Below are positions 41,901 to 54,500 of a stretch of DNA of 64,000 nucleotides, piece after piece. Where the stretch lies: contig NMRA01000439.1 of NCBI GenBank assembly GCA_002633005.1, positions 248,001 through 312,000 on the forward strand, read 5' to 3'. A model generated the notes under the pieces. That model saw nothing but the letters and a program-made list of their open reading frames with translations, did no database searches and was not told the DNA's origin. Position numbers and translations under genes: made by a program. This stretch comes from Phoronis australis (lineage: Eukaryota; Animalia; Phoronida). The first letter of the stretch is position 1; each line of letters opens with the position of its first letter.

Positions 41901-44900
41901 TATAGAGCCAACAAGCAGGGCTGGTTCTGGTCTGTGGTATCCCAACTCATTTTGAGACCAGTGCTCAGCGACCAAAAAAGCAGGATTTGCCAAGCAACAA
42001 GTCCCACATTATTTTTGCTCGTCTCAGGTTGATTTTCTTGTTTTTTTAAAAAGTGAGCACCTAATTTAATGCACCACCAATTTTATTTTCAAAAAAAAAA
42101 CAACACAGAACCAACTAATATGCTTCTTTTGGCCTCAGCACTAACAAAGCAAAATAGGTTGAGCGCAATAAAACAAGAACACAGCACTCTGCTTCGCGAC
42201 AACTGGCATAGTTATTTTGGCAACCAAATACAATGCCAGCATGGCAATTTGTCGTAACTACGGGATATGGAATGACCAATGACAAAGAAGAGGAAAAATT
42301 TCCAGGTGATGTATCGTTCCACAATAAATAGGCTTGTGTGATAGAACTATTTTTTTATTTTAAAATTTAACTGAAATATACGTTTTCATGAATAAAGTCA
42401 AAATAGTGATAAAAAGAGACGAAACAAGAGGAAACTGGAAATCAAATAAGATGAAATTGAAACCACAAAAAGAGGAAATCCACATAAAAGAGGAAAATTC
42501 CAGGCCCTGTAACTAGTATGGCAGTGAGTCTCTTTCAACTTCGGTAATATCTTATTAACTTAGGACATGAAGAAACAATACTTTAAAAATTATAGTGAGC
42601 ATTCACAGCAATGTTAGAAGCCTTTGAAAAACGAAAATGTGCAATTTTGTGCAAATTTTTTGCCTGAAATTGTCAAGATTTTACCGTATTCGATGAACCT
42701 TATTTCACCAGGGGACGCCAAAGTTCTTATGGCACATGAGAAAGAAAAAGTGGTACCTGCGATGCATCCCAAAATCTCCCATCTCAAAGAAGGCCTGTTG
42801 TTCCAGGTCTCTGGCCTGATTCTGACGTAACGTGCCTCGAACGGGTAGGTCAGGTTGTGCTGCACTTTTGTACTTCGGTCGATATTGGCTTTGAACATCT
42901 ACGAAGAAATGACATGTGACCGAACATCGTGACAACATAGGATGTCCCTAACACTGATGCCTAAGACTGTGTAGTTTGAATCAAAATGACTATGAAGTGA
43001 GCTAATATACTTTAAGGATGCCTTATGCTTCAGCAAAAGGAGTGTTATATTATCAGGTCAGGATTAAGCCAGTCGCTCGTGAGACCATTGGGTGTTTTGA
43101 GTTTATTAATTGCTTTTTGACAAGTGGCAATGAAATTTTGCTCTTGTTAAACTGCATGTCTTGTGTACCATAATGCAAATCTGTTAATGCCCTCTGTGGA
43201 TAACTCATGTGCAATGTGGGTACTACATTAACATTATGTTGATTAACAAAAATAAATAAAATAAGATTACAAAAACTGCTTTAAAGTGGAGGACAGAGCC
43301 AGGGGGGTCAACACCCTTTGTGGAAATGCCAGTTGTGTTAAGAGAGCCCAGAAAATGTTCCAATCCATGAGGTCAGCTATGGTGCGAGTGGCCTGGGGGT
43401 GGAGTTAAAGTACTCTGTGGAAAGTTCAATTGTGTTGTGAGACCCCAGAAACAAATTCCATTCCATGAGCTAATAAGGCAACTATGGAAGGCAGGATCAG
43501 AGGCAGGGATAGCACTCTCCATGGAAATGCCAATCGTGTTGTGAGACATCAGGACTTCATAAAGTGGGTGGAGCTAGGGGCGGAGTTAACACCACAACAA
43601 ACCTTGACAGTTCCTACAGGATCCTGGTAATGCGTCCACCTAGTGGAGTCCGCATACTTGTATTCCATCCAGTAGCTGGTCACCCATTCATCGGCGTCAC
43701 TGCGACCTTGCGTGACCAGACCTTTTACCACAATGGGTACCGAGAAATCTGCCATTATCCACTCAGACTTGGATGTTGTGGTCTTCGGTGCCCAACCCCC
43801 TCGGTCTGTGGAAGATATTAAACTCAAACATGGTACATGCATGGGCAACAAAACAAGAATAGATCATACCAATTATTCACTGTGATCAAGCTTTACAACC
43901 AAACAGTATAGGCAACAATTACCAATTTTTACAAAAAAATAACAACCCCAACATTATGGCACAATTCCAAGTAACAATAACTAATAATCAGAATAAATTA
44001 TAAAAACAACAATTATAACACTCATAATAGTACAAAATTTAAACAATTAATGTCAATGATATAATGCAAAAATAAAATTAATGGTATTTTAGCTTAGCTC
44101 AACCCAGTGAAAACAAAAACTGAAAGGGACTTCAAACTCATGTCTGTTAAAACCTGCCAAAATTGTGACATTACACAACACTTTGTATGGATCATTCTAG
44201 AACCTGACTTCCATTCTTTTGTTCTCAATGTTTCTCTTTAACAACCTCAATCAGCTATACAATACTGTTTACTATAAAGCTTTACATACTTAAGGGGTTG
44301 TCAAACCGCCAGGTGCCAGCTATTCCTTGTCCAGTGTAGACAGCCACGCCCCCGACCTTATAAGGAGAAGGGTCCTGCCAGCTCATGAACACGGAGTTAG
44401 CGTCCAGTGGATTGTCACCAGTGCCCACCTTGAAACAAGAGAAGTAGATGATAATTATCGAGCAATGGTGCTGCTTTGAAGCTTTCATAAATCATTTTGA
44501 TTAAAATCAATTAATATCAAGAAATAGTGAAAACGAATCACTTTTAAACAAAAATGTTAACTATATGTTGATTTCCTTGAGCAGATCATAATGTGCCCAC
44601 TAATCATAAATCTCTGCAAAACTTTATATGTATTAAGACGACAAGAAAAGAAACAATATTTCTTATTTGGTCAATATTCAGACAACAAACCAAGTTTTAC
44701 TGAGCGAGAACACAGTAAAGAAAGCACACAGATCTATCAACAATCTCAGTCAGCACCCCAGCTTCCAAACAAACCAATCATGGACGTTAAAGCAAGCCTA
44801 AATTGTTGGTAGTTTGTTATTGTGTACTGTTACCTTGATGAAAGCTCCCGCCCAAGAGATCCAGAACTTCTTGAATGAGTTAGCACTGACCATGGAGCCC

Positions 44901-45477
44901 ATAACAGAGGTCTTGGGGTTGTCTTGTATTGCGTTGCGAATCGCACTTTTACTATTGCCCCAGCCTCCAATGACTATTTCGTATGACGACTTGTCGGTCG
45001 AGCTATCGGGGTCGGCCTTCAGGTTAATGTGGGCATCGCTGGTACCTGGGGCAAGAGGTAAGGGATATAACCAGGAGAGAGCAAGGGTGGCAAATGTAGC
45101 TTCAAAGTTGTGACAGTAAGAATTCGTCACTTAACAAAATATTCAACAGTGTGCTGTACAAGATGAAATAAACCAGTTAAGAGTCACTTCACTGTCATGT
45201 GATCACCTACCCTTGAACTGGAATGTGATAGAGGTGGAGGCCAGAAGGTGGAGACCGGTGACAGGGGTGTAGTCCGTCTCATCTCTGGTGTTCAGGGTAA
45301 TCACTCTCTGCGTACCTATAGGAAAGGTGTAGACATATGAAAACAATGTTCGGGTACATAGACGTAACTGATAGGCGGTGAGCGCGGGACTCGCCCCCTG
45401 ATTCGGACAAAACAGAGAAAAATGTAGGCAGGCTCAGAGAAAAAATAAGGGCTGGGAAAAGTCATTAATTGCCCCAG

Positions 45478-45510
<33 letters not shown>

Positions 45511-48500
45511 NGTATGACATTTTTTTGTAGTTGTTCCAAAACTTTAATGTAACTTCACTGGTCCACTTATGAGAACTAAACCAATCACCAACAAGGGTGC
45601 AACTTTAAGCCAAATCTCTTACCAGCAGTGGTGAAATCCAGCCTTGAGTTTTGAGGTCCATGATTTATGTCAATTGAAGACGAGGAAGTGATGCGGTCAT
45701 CTGTTATCCAGTGGTTGCCTGATATCATGGCTTGGGCTTCACAGTCAGTTGGTGTGACAGAGGTGGCGAAAGGTTCAGTGGAGGGGGTAGGAGCATTAGC
45801 TGGAATAGAGCTGGTTGATCAAGCTTTTGATGTGACTTAATCATTTCAAACATAATTGTATATATTAAAGTTATATAAAATAATTGCAGGTGGTTTGGTA
45901 CATTGTGTGTACCAGATGTGCGCAGGCCACTGAGGTGGACCCATTGCACAGATCACCTGGAACCGATTTTATGCTATTATTAATATAAAGACAAAACCGA
46001 GCTGAGGACCTGAAGACCTGATTAGAGGATGTACCCTAGAGGGACTCGAACCTACAAACTTCGGAACATCCAATCGCAGAAATGGCCAATCAGATTCACA
46101 TGAAACTTTCATATACTACGCTTTATACACTGTTTTCTGAACGCTGTTTGGAATTGTTTTTAAAATGTTCCACTTTTGCATGAGGGGCTATGTAAATAAG
46201 ACATATATGATCTTTATGAAAATTTTTTAAAGAAATACAAAATGAAAATGAAACACTAATTTAGAAACCTGTACCAGGGTTTTTGAGATTTTATTTCAAA
46301 CTTTTATATCATACGGAACTTGAACATGTTAGTGATCCTGTTAATTTGCTATGAATGCACCTTTCTTTTTTGCTATTTTTTTTAAAACGCAAGGTCACAT
46401 GACCTAACTAGTGCCGGATTGGTATAAAGTCAAAAATCAAAATTCTACGGAATTTGCACTTTCAGAAAATACATACGTTTGCTGAGGTAAATTCCACAGT
46501 TTTGTAGATACAAAGGCTAAATGTAAAGACTTGTCGATTGGTCCTACATAAACTTAAACCAGCATAAAAAGCAGCACTATCTAAATGTGATTTATATCAC
46601 ACAAATGAGTGAGCACACGAAATGATAAAACATTTTTTAAATAAAATATTCTAGAAATGCTAGATGCAATACAGAAACTCACTCAAAAATGAATTACTGA
46701 TGCCATGCCTGCTCCGTTTGCACTCAGGTATAATTAATGCACTTTTCTGCCACCTATTCACCTCCTCTGAATACAATGTGCTCCTTGCAGAAAACAACAT
46801 CATAAAATAACTCAGTAACAACACCACACTAGAAAAATCTTCTCAAGAATCTTTTAAAGCGGTAATAAAACAGCTTTTTTGTTTGGACCATTTACCGATG
46901 TGAAACTGATTTCAGCTTGTTCCCAACTTAAAAGTGAAGTGGTTTCTGGGCTTTTACGAAAGGGAGAACCATGTTATTGCTTAAGACCAAGCATGCATAG
47001 AGCACCAAATGACCAGTTATGACAAGACAACTTAGTGTTGCCTAATTTCAAGCAACAACAAAGTGAGTCGTAACGGTAAACAGATTAATTAATCTTGCTT
47101 TTGTGACTTGAGACAGAGGACAGAAATTTGGTCTTACGGCCCCACGTCACCATCGCTGAAAAAAGGCTTAGCCAAGTAATTACGAACACATCACAGACTA
47201 GAATAATTTATAGAAATTATCTCTACTAACGTCTAAGTGAGTGTATATTCTCAGAGATTTTGCATTTTAGCTCAAGTGAGATTGAAATGGTTGTGTGAAG
47301 CCTGAGACTAACTTTCTGACTTAAGTCACTTTCCATGAAACAGACCTCAGGTTTATAAAAGACTTAAATATTCAAATTTGGGCGACAGGTGTTGTACGTT
47401 GCTAGATAGTAATTAGGACTCCCAAGAAAAATAACTAGGACATAAGTTTACTGTGACAGGTGTTCTTCAAAATTATTGCTGAATCAATTACCAAACACAA
47501 GCCTGACTTACTTGGCTTCTCACAGATGTAGCGGTACTTGCTGAAACATTTGGCGTCGTTCCATTTCCCACCCAAGAATGAGGCGATCACGACGCAGTCT
47601 TCACCGCCGTCGTAACCGTTGGGCTCTCCTGAATGATTAACACAGGTGAAAATAAACAAACCAGGTACTAAAAGTACACAAAGAGTGTACATTTGATTGG
47701 TACGTACTAAGTAAAATGTCGACATAATACGGTACAACCATGGACTCCTTGGACCAACAAATAGGTACACTGACACAGAATGATTAAGTGACCTATCGCA
47801 AGCTCTGCACCCTTGTAAAAAGTAACCGACAATTGTTGTTCGTCTGGTAAAATGGCGACTTGGAAGTAGATGAAGGTGTGTCAAGAACGATGCCTTCTGA
47901 TTGGTCAGCTAAAATGTCAATCAAAATCCTGGCGATAGGTTGACCCCATAGCTCATTGGGTTGACCTATCGCAAGCTCCGCCCCCTTGTGAAAAGTCACT
48001 GACAACGTGTTGTTTGTCGGGTAAAATGGCGGCTTGGAAACTGTCAACGAACCAGCAATTTCTGCTCAATAAACATACCATAACAGGAACCTTTTTTTTA
48101 CTAACAGAATGTGTGTGATTAAAAATGATTAAGGTGTTGAAGCTTTTGAAACTGGGGAAAATTTTTTAGAAGAACAGAAATTGTTCATCCAATTACACGC
48201 ACTGTGTGTTTCATTAGAAATTTTTGTGGGCATATTTGCAAATGTACCTCCCTGCAAACAGCTTCGCTACAGGTACCCTCATTCGGCAGTTTGACCGAGT
48301 GTGGGTCACTCATACCTGGATGCCAGTTCAGGTATCTGAACGGTGATCCATCGGACCAGCTCCAGCCACCCTCAGCTCCGAGGTCGTTACCCCCAATCCA
48401 GAAGTTCCCGGCGCTCAACACATAGGTCAACATGATACCTAGGAAAGTTCAATAGGTAAAATTACAGGGAAGAGATGACCACAGAATGATCTGTACAAAA

Positions 48501-51500
48501 TTTGGTATAATCATCTCTGTCAAGTACATCTACACTGAAGCCTGACAAGTTCCATGACAGAGAAAGTAATATAAATATATATTTGCATCTGCAAAGCTTA
48601 GAATCTAATTCTCTCAAGTCTTTCCTTTGTGCTTTGTCGACAAGACTACTAGGATCTGTCATGGGTGCTCATCCGTAAGATGATACGTGGCCCTGGTGAT
48701 TTACCCCTGGTAGACCTACCAAAGATTACTTTCTCATATTGCGGAAAATTTATATGGAAAACAGGACATCTGATTAGAAGGTAGGTCATCACTTAAAATG
48801 AGTGCGATCTTCCGAGAAATTGACAATAACATGCGATAACAATGGGTGAACAAAGTCCAACCACGTCATTGGACGATAAGAAGGTAAGTCAGACATCTGA
48901 TGAGCGTTCAAATGGGAAAGCGGATCAGATATCTGATGTGTCTTGTGATTGGATGGCATGTGAAAGCTGCATAACTGATATACTGGAAAAGAGCCCAGCA
49001 TCAAGTAATACAAGTAAGGCATCACTGTACAAGTAATGCGCACTGCCACGCTCCTTGAAAAAGGGAATTTAAGATACACTGTGAAATGGTCTAAATTTAC
49101 ATCTAATTATTATCAGAATTTATACAAATACATCCCTTTTTAAAGATGATTCAGAATAATTGATACCAATTTGCATTAATTTAAATATCACCGAAAGGTA
49201 TATGTGATCAGATAAAAATATGAGTGAACACATATCATTCACTTAACACCCTTGACTAATTCTAAGCAATCACAATCACGATACATGAGTGCCATGGAAG
49301 TTAACCTGTCATGAAGGTCTGCTCATGAGGCGTGTTGATGCTAAGTAGTTCACCGCCCTTTGATTGGCAAGAAGCCCTAGACCCCGCCCATGAAAGGAAG
49401 TCATCGCTGATGTAATAACAGTTGTTATTGGTTGAGTCGTACAGCCAATAGGGTCCACACAGAGGAGACCAAGGTCCTGGAAAAGTCGTATGCATTCAGT
49501 TGGAGAGGATTCTAGTGACCATGCAAATCCATGAAAACATTGTTTCCATTCAAACAAAGCAATATATTTGCAAATAATGTTGAGCTCAAGTGCTATGAAA
49601 AGCCTCATGTTATGTAGACTTTTAGTGAAAAATAAAAAGCATAGAATTATTGACAATTCATTGGCCACTGCTTGACCAATAAAATGCAGCCAAAGATATG
49701 TAGCTCCAATTAATTGGTCAAGCAGCCAATAAAATGAACCTACAATTTCAGTTTTGCCACTCCAATTTCTCAAAATATAATTTGATAAATCCTTAACAAG
49801 GACAAAATTTGGTTTGAACGTGGAGTCAAGAAGTGACGAAAAGTTTTCCGCCGATTTTCTCAACTCTGAATGAATCCACCAGAGGTCACACAGGCTTAAA
49901 AAAGCCACAAGAGGCTGGCAAAATGCTGCCTTTCATCTCAACCAAGTTCAGCTATGACTCATAATTTTCTGCAAACTATAATTTGTTTGTATACAACTGG
50001 ATAAATATTAAGGTCCATCAATATGACAACAGCATATCTTGAAAATCTGAACATTAAAACAATGACTATGAAACATAACCGATAACAACGCTCAAATACA
50101 CAACAAATCAATGGAACGTCATTTTCAACAGAGAACAAGAATATTGAAATCTTACTNACTCTTGTCTACTTGCTCAAACTCCCAAGTCACGTTTAACTGC
50201 CACTGGTTCTTTTTTCAAAAATATCAGAAAAATAGGAAGACCGTTAAAGCAACTGAAATTGTGAAAACCTGTTTTTTAAGTGGCCGTGTGCAATTGGAAT
50301 GCAGTAATGATCAGAGCAATAAGTCTTCACTTATTTAGCACACAATACGAGGGACAAGTGAAATTTTATTTCATCAAATTTTACAGCAATTAAAAATTAT
50401 TAAGAAAATTATGTTCTGTTGTAAGCTTGGTCTATAACGTGCAAAGTATTTGGTAAATATGTAAGATCTGCAACAAGGTAACCAGCCTTTGAAAAATATC
50501 AAAACCACTTTTTGGCAATTACTTTTGTGCAAAATAAGTGAAAATTACAGTATTCATCAACTGGAAATAACATGAAAAGAAAACTAATGTAAAAAATAGA
50601 CCATTTTCAGGTTTGTGCTATGAACAATTTAAAAAATCTGGCTTACGCTTTTCAACATAATATGAGTAGGAAAAATCGAGCTTTCCAACTTTTATTTGGC
50701 AATCATGGAATAGTAGCCATAGGAAGTGCAAACAACTGTATGTTAAAAGTATCGTTGCGATTTCGGTGGATCGACATGAGCAATACTCACTCGCTGGTTT
50801 CTTGCAGACAAAGCCCATTTCCCTGGCGCACGAGTTGTCATTCCACATTCCAGTGGTCCCTCCAGGACCGTGAAACTCAACACAGTTCTCTTGTTTACTG
50901 CTTGGTTCGCCTGTACCCCAGTTTTTAAAGGAGCCCTGCAATTATACGCGACACAGGATTTCCATTCTCCATGTTTCCACGAGTTAAAGTGTCCATAAAA
51001 ATGCGTTCTGTTCAAAAAGCAAACTTTTGATCAACTTGGCTCTTTCTCAGTTGAGAAGTGATTTAGACCACTTAACACAGACTATGAAAGTAGTCTCAAC
51101 TTGGCTCCTTCTCAAATGAGAAGTGATTTCTGGGCCCAAAAAGAACCGACACTTCCCTATTCTTTAAGATCTTACTCAGCCCAACAAATGACACGCCATG
51201 TCAAACCAACTTGTATAGCTTGCCTCGAGCAACAGCGAACAGTAAGTTCTTTTGAAGCCCCAAGATCATCCCCAATTTAACTATAAGGAACAATTTTCAT
51301 AACAAAAGTTTTTCATGGAAGGCTGGCTTAGGGCCACTTTACATATTGTACCGGAAAAGGGGAATAAAGGAAATATCTTGCCACTGATTGTTTCCAGGCA
51401 GAAATGATATTTGGGTATTTTTATAGACTCAACTATCCATTTGTTTTTCTTCCATATGTGTGCCTGTACACAATTTAGCCAAAACAGTAGACAATTGGAC

Positions 51501-54500
51501 AACAGACGGTTAAAATTGTGGCTTCGGAAGCCTAGCAGGTCTCAAAAGTCACGCACAACGTCGTTCTCCATCCTTAACTTCCTGATGTACTGTTAATTCT
51601 TGTTTTAGCGAGTTTTTTCATGGCTATGCTGATGCATTTGCTCTCCATTTTAAAGTCACAAGTCTTGCTGTTATGATAGAAGTTCGCACATACACCCCCC
51701 TTGGGAATTGAGGCAATGAAAACAGCCGAGGTGTTCCGGATGAGCGAATGAGCTTGAATCATGAGTCACCAAATGAGGCTACTATTCATCTAATGGGTAT
51801 TCACTAATTCATACAAATTTCTCGGGAAATTGACACAAATAATAAACAATTTCTCACACACTCAGTAATATTGAGACAACTATCCAATAAATCTAGATAA
51901 GTTTCATCTTGCTGAACGTCCACAAGCATTGTCCTCCCCCTTTAACGATCTTAGGTATCAAGAACACTTACCAACCCAATCTGATCACTTATCATCATTA
52001 CAAGACTGGTCTCAATGACTAATTGCACCGTGGTCATATTACAAGGGATTTCTTGAATTGATAAGATTTTTTGGAACTCGAATCAAATTATAGTTGCTGA
52101 ACAATAATCAAACTGAAAAGTTGGAGAATATGCCAGTAGATGGCAGTATGGTTGGCATCACGTTGACTGACAACCAAACACAACACAGAATAATTGCTTG
52201 AACTTTGCGACTTGCATTATCGATCAACTTTAATTAAGTTCTGAAAAGTACCAGAATTTCAGCTATAGGTGAAACCCATTACCTCACTATAATCTGTTCC
52301 ATCAACATATGTATACTTGTTTATAATGGCTTTGTCGTTGAGTCCAAACCAACTAGACTGTTCGAGATTAGCTGGAAAATGAAAAAATAGTTATCAATAG
52401 AAATTTCACTTCTCTGTGAATGTAACTTTCACAGTAAGAAACACTGATAGAATTAATTCACTCCATTTTCAATACAACTAAGACCTTATTTAGTCAAATA
52501 CCCATTTGTTAACCAAACTAAACTATGGAACTTCATTTTGCTAAATAATGTAATCAGAATTTGACTTGATCAGTTGAACTGGTCTATTAGGATACGACTA
52601 CCCAAATCATTCTATACTTAAAACGTTACATGGATACGATTCTTGTGTTGACCTGGTTATTTCAGTGGAATTCTGTCCGCTTTTCTGTAAACGACATCAG
52701 AGGCAAGATACCAAAAATAACAAAAGAACAACAGATCAACTTCTCACTGTACAATAACTCTGCTATCAAGCTAGACAAAGTTTTGCAAAAGTCTGTTCAT
52801 TTATTCTCGTATTTTTTATAATTTTAAGACTTAATGTAAATAAATGTCGTGCTACATTAAGAGTGAAATATAACCACAGAAATGTATCATTTGAACGTTC
52901 TAGAATTGATTGCATTGTATAAAGGTATTGTCATGCCAAAAAAAAAGTGTTTCAATAATATTCAACTGATCTGAAGACCACATAGTGAACATTTCTTTGC
53001 CAATCAGAGCAATAAATCCACAATACATTCCAAAATACACTGTGTTGCAGCGAGTCATGCAAAGTTTTCCCACTCCAAAAATGAGCTTTATATTTTGAAT
53101 CAACTTCATCTACGACATGCTAAAGGGCGTGTATAATCTATTGCCAGGCCAAGCTTCAAATCCTATACTACCACGACTATACCATAATTATGATACCACC
53201 CTAAGAGTAGCTTAGTTATGACAGTTACCATGCCCAGATATAACACTTTCTGGGCTAACTCTTATTATTCAGGGCTTGGAATGACCAATGACAAAAAACG
53301 CGGAAACTTTTACGGCCCAAAACATGCGCGCTACCCAGCCATGAAACCTTGAAATGTCGATGTGAACCTTTCGCCGACAAAAATCGGTAGGACTAAAAAA
53401 AAAAAACGTTACCATCATCAGTAGCATGCGTCTGCGTCTTTTTATCTTGTCCATCCACTCCTCCACTCCCACCCCCACACATTTTTGGCTGCAGAGCTGT
53501 AGTATTTGTCACCGCGGTTTACAATCACACGAGACGCCATTGAAAATCCCACCACGCTATCCCAGATGCCCCGGCAATGTTGACAATTTACGTTCCTCCG
53601 AAACATAAAGAGCAACTTCTGCTTTTCGAGGTGAACGTCGTCGGCAACGCCGCGGTAAGAAAGGAATATGCCGCAGAAATTTTTTATCAAATCCAGATTT
53701 TTTTACACGGAAATATAATAAAATGCGCGGACAGAACATTTGAAAAAAGCGGAAATCCGCAGTTCCGCGGAAAATTCAAAGTCCTGATTATTGGACATTG
53801 TATTTTTCATAAAAACATTAAAAACAATACCACTGATGAAAGATTGCTCATCTGCGTTGCTGACAGATGTCAACGTAGCGCTCTGGTCGATACACGCTGC
53901 ATCTGCTGCATCCCAGGACAACCATGTGGTATTGAACCAGTAACAGGATTGCTTAAATAACTTCCATCCAACCGGGCACGAGTAGGAGGCTACAAGTAAA
54001 AATGGAGATTATGTGAATAAACTACAGTTTAAATCCGATCCGACAACACTTAGGATGTGTGATGAGTGTGATTCTTAAGTTAAACGTGGAGACCAGCATC
54101 TGTTCAGCAAAAATGAATGTACAATAAATCATTTCAAAATATGCCTATTTTAGAGTTCACTAACAAGGATGACTTGAACATATTTTATACATGCAGGCGC
54201 AATACCGAGGGATATAAGTTCATTTTTCTCTGTGAAAACCAGATGAGCTCAATTATTTTACGTGGCCAAGGGGCACACACAAGCACAGTGTCAACCTGAC
54301 CTAGTTACTGCTGTACAAGACTTTGCTTGTCTAGATTTATCTGAAAAATCTGAGTAACACTTAGATTTACTATTTTGCCGCTTGTTTCACAATAACTTAG
54401 CACAACCACAGAACACGCCTTTGTGACATTTTACAATGACATCTGTGCACAGAATTTTAGTAAGTGATTAACTACACTATGAAAAGTTACTTACAAGGCG

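Noticed and set aside
44290-45315. Stand-alone farnesoic acid O-methyltransferase gene
   Set aside because: No start or stop of its own; both ends are phase-1 splice sites in frame with the flanking F5/8C halves.
45479-45511. Poly-C tract as a G-quadruplex regulator next to the FAMeT cassette
   Set aside because: It ends in an N, so its length is unreliable, and no function can be supported from sequence.
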